Shown in pieces: positions 30,958 through 41,343 of a DNA stretch of 64,000 nt. The stretch comes from Marispirochaeta sp. (GTDB taxonomy: Bacteria > Spirochaetota > Spirochaetia > JC444 > Marispirochaetaceae): NCBI GenBank assembly GCA_963676835.2, contig CAXXFF010000002.1, positions 128,001 through 192,000 on the forward strand. The letters are read 5' to 3'. The notes under the pieces were generated by a model. That model saw only the letters and a program-made list of their open reading frames with translations, did no database searches and was not told where the DNA came from. Every line of letters starts with the position of its first letter. Position 1 is the first letter of the stretch. A program made the translations under genes and the position numbers.

Positions 30958-30991
30958 AAGCGTCCAAGTACAGGATATAACCTATAATAAT

Positions 30992-31030
30992 AAAAAAAGG
31001 GGGTCAGTTCACGGAACCGACCCCTTTTTT
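30992..31030. terminator. Rho-independent (bidirectional-type) terminator downstream of yeeE-like gene
   Basis: AAAAAAAGGGGGTC...GACCCCTTTTTT. Confidence 0.8.
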
Positions 31031-31042
31031 CTTGTGCTTAAA

Positions 31043-32326
31043 TCAGTTAACGCAGCTTGCCGCCGTTTTTCTGGCAACCACGTTGCCGATGATTCCTCCG
31101 CCTGTCAGGGCTGCAAGGAAAATCCATCCCGAAAGGGAAAAGTTGGCAATGGGAGTATACAGAGCACCCACGTTGCAGCCGTTGGCAAGACGGGTTCCAA
31201 ATCCCATAAAGAGACCGCCCATGGCGAAGAACACAACCTGCAAAGGCTTAACCTTAAGCTCCGAGGTGAAAGTTGCCTTGAAGGTACCTGCCAGAAGAAG
31301 AGCTATAAGAGTACCAAGCACAATGCCTATGTTCTGCACCGAAACGGGATTAACAAAAATGGATGTTTCAAAAAAGCCTGCCGGCATATGGGTAAATGCT
31401 GCAATGGATTCTGAAGAAACTCCAAAGAGCATCAGAAGCTTGCCAAACCACATACCGTAAACAGTGGAAGCCCCCCACCCTGCTTTTGTAATACCCATAA
31501 GCAGAGAAAAGACCACGGCAATTACAATTGCCCCGGTTCGCATCTGCCAGGGACGGACAAAAAGCATATCATAGGTCTCACTGCTGAAAAGCTTGAAGGG
31601 TTTTGCAGCTCCCCGCTCTTCAAGAAGCCTGTTCTGCTCAAGCTCTGTTCCTACACCGGAAAACCGGTTCGCAGCAATCTGCTTATCTTCATATTTCCTG
31701 GCAAGCCAGGCGACCAGAGCCGCCAGCAGCACAGTAAGAATCACCGCACCAAGGTAACCGCTCATACCGTCCCACATAAACAGATCCGGAAGATAGACAC
31801 CGCCGGCAAGCTGCTCGCCGGTAACGGTGGAAAACCAGGAATCCGTAACCCATGATGCGGTCTTCTGTACAGGAAACCCGATAAAAACTCCAAAAGCGAA
31901 GAACACCAGGGTGGCTGCTGCCCGGGGAAGTCCGGTCACCAGGTCGGTAAGTACTCCCGAAGCACAGCACGAGGAAAAGGTCATACCGAAACCGAAGGAA
32001 AGACCACCGAGGATAAGCCCCAGGTTAATAGGGTTAACCCACAGGTTGTAGCTTGTGGCGTCTACTCCGTAGAGAAAAGCCACTGATACTGCAGCAGTTC
32101 CGGCAAACATCCACATAAGTACCCGCATCAGCTTTGCTGACCCGGTTCTGTATGCCCGGTTAACGCTTCCGGCAAAGCCCATAAAGGCCCGGGTCAGGGC
32201 ATAGCCGAACCCGATTCCCGCCAGCAGCCGGAAGAAGAGCATCTGGGTACCCAGAAAAGCTCCGCCGAAAATCAGTACAACTGCAATCAGGGCAAAGCCC
32301 AGAATATTCTCAATTTTACTGTTCAT
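31043..32326 (-). CDS. YeeE/YedE (TsuA-like) sulfur-compound transporter
   Basis: FGFGMTFSSCCASG and GFGTRLANGCNVG motifs; multi-TM. Confidence 0.88.
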   Translation of the reverse strand: MNSKIENILGFALIAVVLIFGGAFLGTQMLFFRLLAGIGFGYALTRAFMGFAGSVNRAYRTGSAKLMRVLMWMFAGTAAVSVAFLYGVDATSYNLWVNPINLGLILGGLSFGFGMTFSSCCASGVLTDLVTGLPRAAATLVFFAFGVFIGFPVQKTASWVTDSWFSTVTGEQLAGGVYLPDLFMWDGMSGYLGAVILTVLLAALVAWLARKYEDKQIAANRFSGVGTELEQNRLLEERGAAKPFKLFSSETYDMLFVRPWQMRTGAIVIAVVFSLLMGITKAGWGASTVYGMWFGKLLMLFGVSSESIAAFTHMPAGFFETSIFVNPVSVQNIGIVLGTLIALLLAGTFKATFTSELKVKPLQVVFFAMGGLFMGFGTRLANGCNVGALYTPIANFSLSGWIFLAALTGGGIIGNVVARKTAASCVN

Positions 32327-32344
32327 TCTGTGATCATCCCTTTA

Positions 32345-34045
32345 TCAGTCAAAGTTGTAACCGGTGAGTATGGGTTCCCTTCCGCTTACCTGATCATTGT
32401 AGTATTCGAAAAAGGAAATTCCCATAAATCCGCCGGAAATATTTATTACTTCATCCCAACCGCGGTTTTTCAGCGCCATAACAGCATTGTAACTTCTCTG
32501 TCCGCTTCGGCAGTGCAGGTAAATCGGCTTGTCTTTGGGGAACTCATCAAGCCGTTCTCTGAGCTGACTCAGGGGAATATTAACCGCACCCTTAAGATGT
32601 GACTGTTCATATTCGTAGACTTCCCGAACATCAAAGATAGCAGCCCCGCTTTCTACCAGGCCCCGGACATCGCTGACATTTACCTGCCGGAAATCATCAT
32701 GGAGAAGGTTGGTTCCTACATAGCCTGCAAAGTTAACCACGTCTTTTGCGGTGCCGAAGGGGGGCGCATAACAGAGCTCAAGGTCTTTCAGATCATGGAT
32801 GGTTCCGTTGAACTTGATCACCGTTGCAATTACATCGATTCTCTTGTCAACATTTCCTTTTCCAATTGCCTGGGCTCCAAGGATTTTTCCGGTGGGGATT
32901 TCATACACAAGCTTGAAATGAAGGCTCTTGCTGGAAGGCATAAGCCCGACCTTGTCTCCGGGAATAATACGTACACAGCTGTAATCGATCTTCAAACCGC
33001 TGTGCTGAATAAATCCACAGGTCAAACCAGTGGAGGCGGCATTGTAATCAAACACCTTCAGAATTGAAGATCCGATATAGCCGCGGTTATCCACATACTG
33101 CTTATTGATATGGTCCGCAACACTTCTGGCCTGTTTCTGTGCCGGTCCGGCCAGGGGAAGCTTGAAATAGTCGTCAAAAAGGTAGCTGTATACTTCAATG
33201 GCATCACCAACAGCGTAGATATCCTTGTCTACTGTCCGGTAATTCTGGTCCACCTTCATTGCACCGGTTTTTCCGAGCTCAAGGCCGGCCTGTTTTGCAA
33301 GATCTGTTTCCGGAGAAACTCCGATTGCCATTATTACAATGTCAGTTTCGATTTTCTTGCCCGATTCAAGAAGAATCGCATTGGTATCGAAAGCGGTCAC
33401 CTTGTCGTCTACTATAAGGTTTACGCCCTGATCATGAATCTCCTTGTGGAGAATCTGCACCATATCGTAATCGAGGATTCTCAGAATCTGGGGCATAGCC
33501 TCAACGAGGGTCACTTCGTAACCGGCCTCTTTCAGGTTTTCAACCGTTTCGATTCCGATAAATCCACCGCCGATTACACTGATCTTCTTAACATCCTTAT
33601 TTCTGATTGCTTTGGCAATTTTAGCAATGTCTACTACATTTCGAATGGTGTAATGATTTACCTTCTCAATACCAGGAATAGGGGGAACAATAGGTTTTCC
33701 GCCGGGAGAGAGTATCAGCTTGTCATAAGACTCGGTATAGGTCTTTCCTGTATCAAGATCGGCAACAGTGACTTCTTTGGCCTCTCTGTTAATCGCAACA
33801 ACTTCATTATTTATACGTACATCAATATTGTACTGTTTCTTGAAGAGCTCAGGCGTCATAAGGACAAGATCTTCAGCCTTTTCGATCATTCCGCTCAGAT
33901 GATAGGGAAGACAACAGTTGGAAAAGGATACGTTCGGACCTTTCTCAAATACAATTATCTGATCTTCTTCACTGTGTCTTCGAAGCCGTGCAGCAGCTGA
34001 TGCACCTCCGGCAACACCGCCGACAACAAGCATTTTTCTTGACAT
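32345..34045 (-). CDS. CoA-disulfide/persulfide reductase with C-terminal rhodanese (CoADR-RHD / Npsr-like)
   Basis: GGVAGG, SFSNCCLPY, GGGFIG, LCYAPPF, DVRE..HCRSGQRS. Confidence 0.92.
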   Translation of the reverse strand: MSRKMLVVGGVAGGASAAARLRRHSEEDQIIVFEKGPNVSFSNCCLPYHLSGMIEKAEDLVLMTPELFKKQYNIDVRINNEVVAINREAKEVTVADLDTGKTYTESYDKLILSPGGKPIVPPIPGIEKVNHYTIRNVVDIAKIAKAIRNKDVKKISVIGGGFIGIETVENLKEAGYEVTLVEAMPQILRILDYDMVQILHKEIHDQGVNLIVDDKVTAFDTNAILLESGKKIETDIVIMAIGVSPETDLAKQAGLELGKTGAMKVDQNYRTVDKDIYAVGDAIEVYSYLFDDYFKLPLAGPAQKQARSVADHINKQYVDNRGYIGSSILKVFDYNAASTGLTCGFIQHSGLKIDYSCVRIIPGDKVGLMPSSKSLHFKLVYEIPTGKILGAQAIGKGNVDKRIDVIATVIKFNGTIHDLKDLELCYAPPFGTAKDVVNFAGYVGTNLLHDDFRQVNVSDVRGLVESGAAIFDVREVYEYEQSHLKGAVNIPLSQLRERLDEFPKDKPIYLHCRSGQRSYNAVMALKNRGWDEVINISGGFMGISFFEYYNDQVSGREPILTGYNFD

Positions 34046-34300
34046 CTCAATCTCCTTATGAAGGTAAATGTATATATATGCTAAATGATATCTTAACTCT
34101 ATATTACTGCTGTATCGTAACTATGTAAACAGAAACACCCATGTTTTTGTTCTTTCAGATCACAAAAACGCTATTTTTATATTTTTATTAAGAAAATTTG
34201 CATTCTAATAAACCTTGCACCAAACTTATTGACAACGGTAAAATATAGATGTTAGTTTATATAGCAATAGAGAAATCTTACTTTATTAAGGATTTTATAT

Positions 34301-35224
34301 ATGATTAGAGTTCGGAAAATATGGGCTGTCTTAATCCTTATTCCGGTGCTGCTTGTCGGCGCCTGCTCTTTTGTGGATTACGCGGACTCAGGAACCCTTA
34401 TTATCACCGCTTCTGATGCTGTGGATAAAATAGAATCCGGATACATACTGGTGGACGCTCAGCGGGCATCCTCCTATAAAAAAGAACATATTGAAAATGC
34501 GGTCAACATCGAACGCAACCAGATAATGATTAAAGAGCCTGTTGCCAACACCCTGGCCACGGGAGATATTATTGCCGATGCTGCAGGAAAAGCAGGACTC
34601 ACCGAAAACTCCAACCTGCTGATCTATGACGATAACATGAACATGGATTCCTCCCGGCTCTGGTGGACCCTGAAGATATACGACCACAAAGGGGATATAC
34701 GTATTGTTTCCGGCGGCCTGCCTGCATTGAAAGCCGCAGGACTGACCGTTACAGACAAGGCTGCCACCGTAACAGCAGCTGAATATAAAGCCTCCCCGCT
34801 CAACACAGATATGCTTGCAGTAAAAGAAGATATTCAGGCCAACATCAACGATCCTGCCGATGGATTTGTACTGATCGATGTCAGAAGCGATGAAGAATAC
34901 AATGCAGGCACCATTCCCGGTTCAATTCATATAAATCACGAAAAAAATATGTTCGTTAACGAGGATAAGGGAACAACCTTCCGGCCGGTATCCCACAATC
35001 GCATCCTCTATAAGGAACTTGGCATAACACCGGACTGTGAGATTGTGATGTACTGCAAGAGTTCAGTCCGTGCTGCCAATACCTATGCAGCCCTGTATAA
35101 CGCAGGATACCGGAACCTGAAAATATATGACGGCGCCTATCTGGAGTGGGCGGCGGAAAAACTGCCTGTGATTAAAACAGAGGTAGATGTAAAGGTAACT
35201 ACATCCCAGTCAGACAACTCCTGA
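34301..35224 (+). CDS. Two-domain sulfurtransferase lipoprotein
   Basis: Lipobox VGAC; HIENAV, RLWWTL, DVRS, YCKSSVRA, YDGAYLEW. Confidence 0.88.
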   Translation: MIRVRKIWAVLILIPVLLVGACSFVDYADSGTLIITASDAVDKIESGYILVDAQRASSYKKEHIENAVNIERNQIMIKEPVANTLATGDIIADAAGKAGLTENSNLLIYDDNMNMDSSRLWWTLKIYDHKGDIRIVSGGLPALKAAGLTVTDKAATVTAAEYKASPLNTDMLAVKEDIQANINDPADGFVLIDVRSDEEYNAGTIPGSIHINHEKNMFVNEDKGTTFRPVSHNRILYKELGITPDCEIVMYCKSSVRAANTYAALYNAGYRNLKIYDGAYLEWAAEKLPVIKTEVDVKVTTSQSDNS

Positions 35225-35280
35225 CGGGATAGTTAATAGTCTCTCACAAGAGATCGATTTTTGTTCAAGGAGATCATTGT

Positions 35281-36201
35281 ATGAAGAAATTTCTGTACTT
35301 GCTGCTTATGGCAGCCCTGGTTTTCAGTGCATGCAGCAAAAGTGAACCTGCAAGCGCAGCTGCGGAAAAACCCGCTGAGACTGCAGCTGCAGTAGAGACA
35401 GTTGATACCGTAAAGGTTGCAGCTGAAGCATATTTCGGAGATTACCCCGGTTCCAGAATCATTCCCGCCGACAAGGTTTTCGAAGCCATGGATGCAGGAG
35501 AAGATTTCATCCTTCTCGATATCAGAAGAGCCGATGATTACGCAAAGGGTCACCTGAAAGGCGCAGTAAATGCACCCTGGGGACCTGCAATAGCAGACGC
35601 TTTAAACTGGCTGCCTGACGATGTTCCTGTATACGTCAACTGCTATACAGGTCAGACTGCAGGCCAGACTGTTGCGGTTCTCAACATTGCGGGCATTCAG
35701 GCACAGTCCATCAAATACGGATGGAACCTGGGTATTTCCAAAACTGAGGGCTTTGACAACTATGTTGAAACCAGCGCCAATATGAGCCCCGATGCAGCGG
35801 GTGTAAAATATGATGCAGATGTAAAAGCTGCTGCTGAAGCTTTCTTCAACGCAATTCCCGACAAAGGAAGTAACATCATCGCAGCTCCTGCACTCAAGGA
35901 AAAGATGGATGCGGAAGAGCAGATGACCATAGTTTCCATCAGACAGCCTGAAGATTATGCAAAGGGTCACATTGAAGGCGCAATCAACATTCCCTTCGGT
36001 GCCGGTATGCAGGAAAAATTCGCACAGCTTCCCACCGACGAAAAGGTTTACGTATACTGTTACTCCGGACAGACTGCAGGTCAAACTGTAGGTGTTCTGA
36101 GAATGCTTGGATACGATGCCGTATCGGTAAAAAGCGGAATGGGAACTACCGGTACCAACGGTTCCGGATGGGGCAATGAAGGCCTCCCCACTGTTCAGTA
36201 G
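35281..36201 (+). CDS. Tandem rhodanese lipoprotein, Cys in both domains
   Basis: Lipobox FSAC; DYAKGHxxGA twice; CYTGQTAGQ and CYSGQTAGQ. Confidence 0.88.
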   Translation: MKKFLYLLLMAALVFSACSKSEPASAAAEKPAETAAAVETVDTVKVAAEAYFGDYPGSRIIPADKVFEAMDAGEDFILLDIRRADDYAKGHLKGAVNAPWGPAIADALNWLPDDVPVYVNCYTGQTAGQTVAVLNIAGIQAQSIKYGWNLGISKTEGFDNYVETSANMSPDAAGVKYDADVKAAAEAFFNAIPDKGSNIIAAPALKEKMDAEEQMTIVSIRQPEDYAKGHIEGAINIPFGAGMQEKFAQLPTDEKVYVYCYSGQTAGQTVGVLRMLGYDAVSVKSGMGTTGTNGSGWGNEGLPTVQ

Positions 36202-36222
36202 TTTATTCCACCGTTTTTATTC

Positions 36223-36251
36223 AACCCGGAGCTTCGGCTTCGGGTTTTTTT
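36223..36251 (+). terminator. Rho-independent terminator
   Basis: AACCCGGAGC-TTCG-GCTTCGGGTT plus T-run. Confidence 0.85.
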
Positions 36252-36343
36252 ATGTCCCTGCGAAAAAAAATCGTAGCTGTATTGAATTAACACAGTGCTG
36301 TGGACTATCTTAATAGCAAGTAATTGCCATTACGGAGGAAAAT

Positions 36344-36718
36344 ATGAAAAAGATCGGGCTTTTAGCAATTGTTGTACTTTTTATGGCGTCTTGTACCACC
36401 GTGAGTTTTCAGGGAATGCAGATGACCAAGGATGTACCATCCTTTAATGTTGTAGGAGAATTTGAGAAGGTTGTTGCCCATAACGGAATCATCGGAAACG
36501 CCGCCGGCTACAAACTTATTCAGATGAACGATAACGATGAGAGAATTTTCTCTATCATTACCGATGAAATTCAGAAGAAAGGCGGAGATGCCGCAATCGA
36601 TGTAACCATCGAATACCGGGCTGACATCCTTGATATCCTTATTACCGGTGTAACCTTCAGCCTCTTTTCTCCCTCTGACATTGTAATCAAGGGTACCATT
36701 ATCAAGTACACAAACTGA
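36344..36718 (+). CDS. Small hypothetical lipoprotein
   Basis: GGAGG SD, lipobox MASC, GGDAAIDVTI segment. Confidence 0.8.
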   Translation: MKKIGLLAIVVLFMASCTTVSFQGMQMTKDVPSFNVVGEFEKVVAHNGIIGNAAGYKLIQMNDNDERIFSIITDEIQKKGGDAAIDVTIEYRADILDILITGVTFSLFSPSDIVIKGTIIKYTN

Positions 36719-36745
36719 TACTGCTCCACTTTTCGGAGCACCTTG

Positions 36746-36773
36746 AACGGGCCTGACTTCAGGCCCGTTTTTT
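36746..36773 (+). terminator. Rho-independent terminator
   Basis: AACGGGCCTGA-CT-TCAGGCCCGTT plus T-run. Confidence 0.85.
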
Positions 36774-36812
36774 AATACAAACACTCCTGCACGAATATCA
36801 TTAGGATAATCA

Positions 36813-37979
36813 ATGAAACGAGATAAAAGGCTGCTGATCTATCCTGCAGCATTCGCAGTTAATGCCGGGATCACCATGCTGAATTTCAGTCTTATTTTCT
36901 TTATGCGCAGAAACTACGGAACATCCCCCTCCCTGGTGGGCTGGCTCTCCGCCTTCTGGGCCCTGGCCTACCTGGCAGGCTGCCTTGGACTTGGTGGATT
37001 AAGCCGCAGACTCTCGTACAGAAAAGCCCTGCCTCTGGCTACCTTTACCATGGGCCTTTCGGTACTGCTTATTCTCGTTATCCCATCAGAAACAGCCGCC
37101 TTTGTCTGGTATGTTCTCTTCGGTTTTATTACAGCCCTTCACTGGCCGCCGCTTATGGGCTGGCTTTCCGAGGGGCTGGAAGGTCAGGATTTGAACCGCT
37201 CCGTGGGAGGTTTCAATATCTCATGGAGCACTGGAGCCGGGGCCGGGCCCTTTATCGCAGGCTTTCTGGTGGAGCAAAGCGTTACCCTCCCCCTCTGGGT
37301 AATAACAGGTCTCTACTGGATTATTGCCCTGACCTATAGCATCTCCCTGATGGTCTACAGCGGAAAAACCGCCCTGATAAGCGAAGGGACATCATTAACG
37401 GAAGATCAGGTTCAGCAGAACGACAACAGCTCTCCTCTCCGATTTGCCGGCTGGATAGGCGTTGGATCCTCCTATACCCTTTTAGGAGTACTCCTGTTTA
37501 TTTTTCCCATGTATGCGGTAGACAAGCTTGGTTACAGCGAAAGCTTCACAGGCATGCTGCTCTTTATGCGGGGAACCGTTACTGTAGCCGGTTTCTATCT
37601 TGCCGGTAAAACACTCTTCTGGCACAACAACAGCAGGCAGATAAGCATAAGCCAACTGCTGCTGGGCTTGACGGCGCTGGCTCTTGCCTTTGTTTCAGCA
37701 TCTTCTCTCTACATTGTGCTGTTTGTTCTGTTCGGGCTTACCTTCGCACTGCAGTATGCCACCAGCATTTTTCATGGTGTTTCCGGATCAATCGACAGGG
37801 AACGGCGGATGGCCATCCATGAATCCGCCCTGACCATAGGCATTATGATAGGATCCGCCGGCGGCGGCCTCCTGTATGAAAGCCTCTCTTTCCGCACTGT
37901 TCTCATACTTACCGCTCTGCTGATCTTTCTTGCAGGACTTTCACAGATAGTCAGCTTCAAAAAAAAGGCCGCTTCCTGA
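36813..37979 (+). CDS. MFS transporter
   Basis: ~12 TM in 2x6 arrangement; GGLSRRLSYRK motif-A-like; GPFIAGFL. Confidence 0.85.
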   Translation: MKRDKRLLIYPAAFAVNAGITMLNFSLIFFMRRNYGTSPSLVGWLSAFWALAYLAGCLGLGGLSRRLSYRKALPLATFTMGLSVLLILVIPSETAAFVWYVLFGFITALHWPPLMGWLSEGLEGQDLNRSVGGFNISWSTGAGAGPFIAGFLVEQSVTLPLWVITGLYWIIALTYSISLMVYSGKTALISEGTSLTEDQVQQNDNSSPLRFAGWIGVGSSYTLLGVLLFIFPMYAVDKLGYSESFTGMLLFMRGTVTVAGFYLAGKTLFWHNNSRQISISQLLLGLTALALAFVSASSLYIVLFVLFGLTFALQYATSIFHGVSGSIDRERRMAIHESALTIGIMIGSAGGGLLYESLSFRTVLILTALLIFLAGLSQIVSFKKKAAS

Positions 37980-37993
37980 AGCCAGGAAGCGGC
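37959..37993 (-). terminator. groEL terminator, overlapping the 3' end of the MFS gene
   Basis: GCCGCTTCCTG-gctt-CAGGAAGCGGC followed by T-run on minus strand. Confidence 0.8.
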
Positions 37994-38029
37994 AGATGTT
38001 ACAAATCCTCTAAAAAGGGGAGCTAAAGC

Positions 38030-39939
<1,910 letters not shown>

Positions 39940-40006
39940 TTCCGATCTCCATATAATTGTGTTCTTTTATACTCTTCACCGAAGAGTTTGTTTGCCCAAA
40001 GATATT

Positions 40007-40023
40007 AGCAAAAATCGTGCCAG
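40007..40023 (-). promoter_or_regulatory. sigma54 (-24/-12) promoter of groESL
   Basis: CTGGCACGATTTTTGCT on minus strand matches YTGGCACG-N4-TTGCW, ~70 nt upstream of the groES ATG. Confidence 0.8.
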
Positions 40024-40209
40024 AAAAATTTCACAACTTAATTCATTGCTAAATATACATTTACGTATAATTAACTGTCAACTCGGATCTTGCCTGTTTT
40101 TGTTAATAAGAAAAAATGACCCACACTTCAGAATTTACCACTTTTTATGTGTCATATTGACTCAACCGGCAGCATCAAGAGATGCATGCCGGCCTGGAGT
40201 CCTGACATA

Positions 40210-40746
40210 TTATCCTGCAGAAGAAAGAGGCCCGATAAACGTGGTGGGAACCGATACTGTTCGGGTTCCTAGATCCTTATCGAGCATAAAAAGACCGGGA
40301 CCCTTCTCGCCTCCGGAGAGTTCAAGGTGAGCAATAATGTCGCTGGCGCTCTTTTCTTCCTCTACCTGCTCGGTTACATACCATTGCAGAAATGTATAGG
40401 TTGCATAATCATGCTCTTCTTCCGCAATCCGCACCAGGGCATTGATAGAGGCGGTAACCTCCTGTTCATGGGCCAGGGTTGACTTGAGAAGAGCCATAGC
40501 GGAATCCCAGCTCTCTTCAGGCTTATCAATAGCCTTCAGCACAACCTTGCCGCCCTGATCCTGCACATACTCATACATCTTCATGGCATGAAACATCTCT
40601 TCGTGATATTGAGCCATAAACCAGGTGGCAAAGCCGTCGAGTCCTATATCACTGCTGTGGGATGACATGGCCATGTAGAGATAGCCTGAGTAAAGTTCCT
40701 TGTTAATCTGTTCATTTAACGCTTCAAGCATTTTCTTTGAAATCAT
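40210..40746 (-). CDS. ftnA: Non-heme ferritin
   Basis: QINKELYS.YLY, EEMFHA, HEQEVT, LQWYVTEQVEEE. Confidence 0.95.
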   Translation of the reverse strand: MISKKMLEALNEQINKELYSGYLYMAMSSHSSDIGLDGFATWFMAQYHEEMFHAMKMYEYVQDQGGKVVLKAIDKPEESWDSAMALLKSTLAHEQEVTASINALVRIAEEEHDYATYTFLQWYVTEQVEEEKSASDIIAHLELSGGEKGPGLFMLDKDLGTRTVSVPTTFIGPLSSAG

Positions 40747-40815
40747 CTGAATCTCCTGAGAGTCTATTTGATCTCAAAGTACTAATCTTTATCAGGATGG
40801 TAAAGAAATATCAGT

Positions 40816-41328
40816 TCAACCCTCGCGCACCCGGAAGGTTGCCTTCAAAGCGGAGCCAAGGTCGGCAAGATGCCTGCTGCGGGGAGAATGAATACCCAGG
40901 TCAAGCAGAACATCATCCCGGTTTCGCTGCAGCCAGCGGTAAATTCTGGAAGCCCCCTGATCGGGGTCGGTATACCCGGCTGAGGCCGCCTGTACAAGCC
41001 GCAGCATCTCATCCTCTCCGAAGGTTTTGCGCTGGGTCTGGAAGTCTACTATAAAACTTTTTCCAAAGGCTCCTTTTTCGATAACAACCGGCTGATTACT
41101 GTTCGGCTCACGTTTGACCGTATCGGTCTTTCCGGCACTAACGGATCGACCTGATGAAACCTTTTCTGCTTCCTGGTTCAGCATGTCCACCCGCTGGTTA
41201 TAAATAAGGGTATTGGCCTGTTTAATAAGAAACAGCAGCCCATCGGCATCGACATCCTTTATAAGGCCGCGAAGTTCTTTAAGATATTTCTGCCTGGGAT
41301 CATCCTTATCAATGCTTTTCCCGCCCAT
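40816..41328 (-). CDS. Hypothetical protein
   Basis: 170-aa ORF with GGGGAGG SD, directly downstream of the GGDEF-EAL gene. Confidence 0.75.
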   Translation of the reverse strand: MGGKSIDKDDPRQKYLKELRGLIKDVDADGLLFLIKQANTLIYNQRVDMLNQEAEKVSSGRSVSAGKTDTVKREPNSNQPVVIEKGAFGKSFIVDFQTQRKTFGEDEMLRLVQAASAGYTDPDQGASRIYRWLQRNRDDVLLDLGIHSPRSRHLADLGSALKATFRVREG

Positions 41329-41343
41329 TCCGGCCTCCCCTGA

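Noticed and set aside
34046..34300. ArsR/CstR-type operator in the divergent sulfur promoter
   Set aside because: Only weak ATAT-N8-ATAT symmetry in an AT-rich background; no regulator gene nearby
31043..36201. Selenocysteine (UGA read-through) in the sulfur-module proteins
   Set aside because: All ORFs appear full length, with Cys codons at the active sites
36314..36330. TGGCAATTACTTGC sigma54-like motif
   Set aside because: GG-GC spacing is 9 rather than 10 nt, and it is antisense to the adjacent gene
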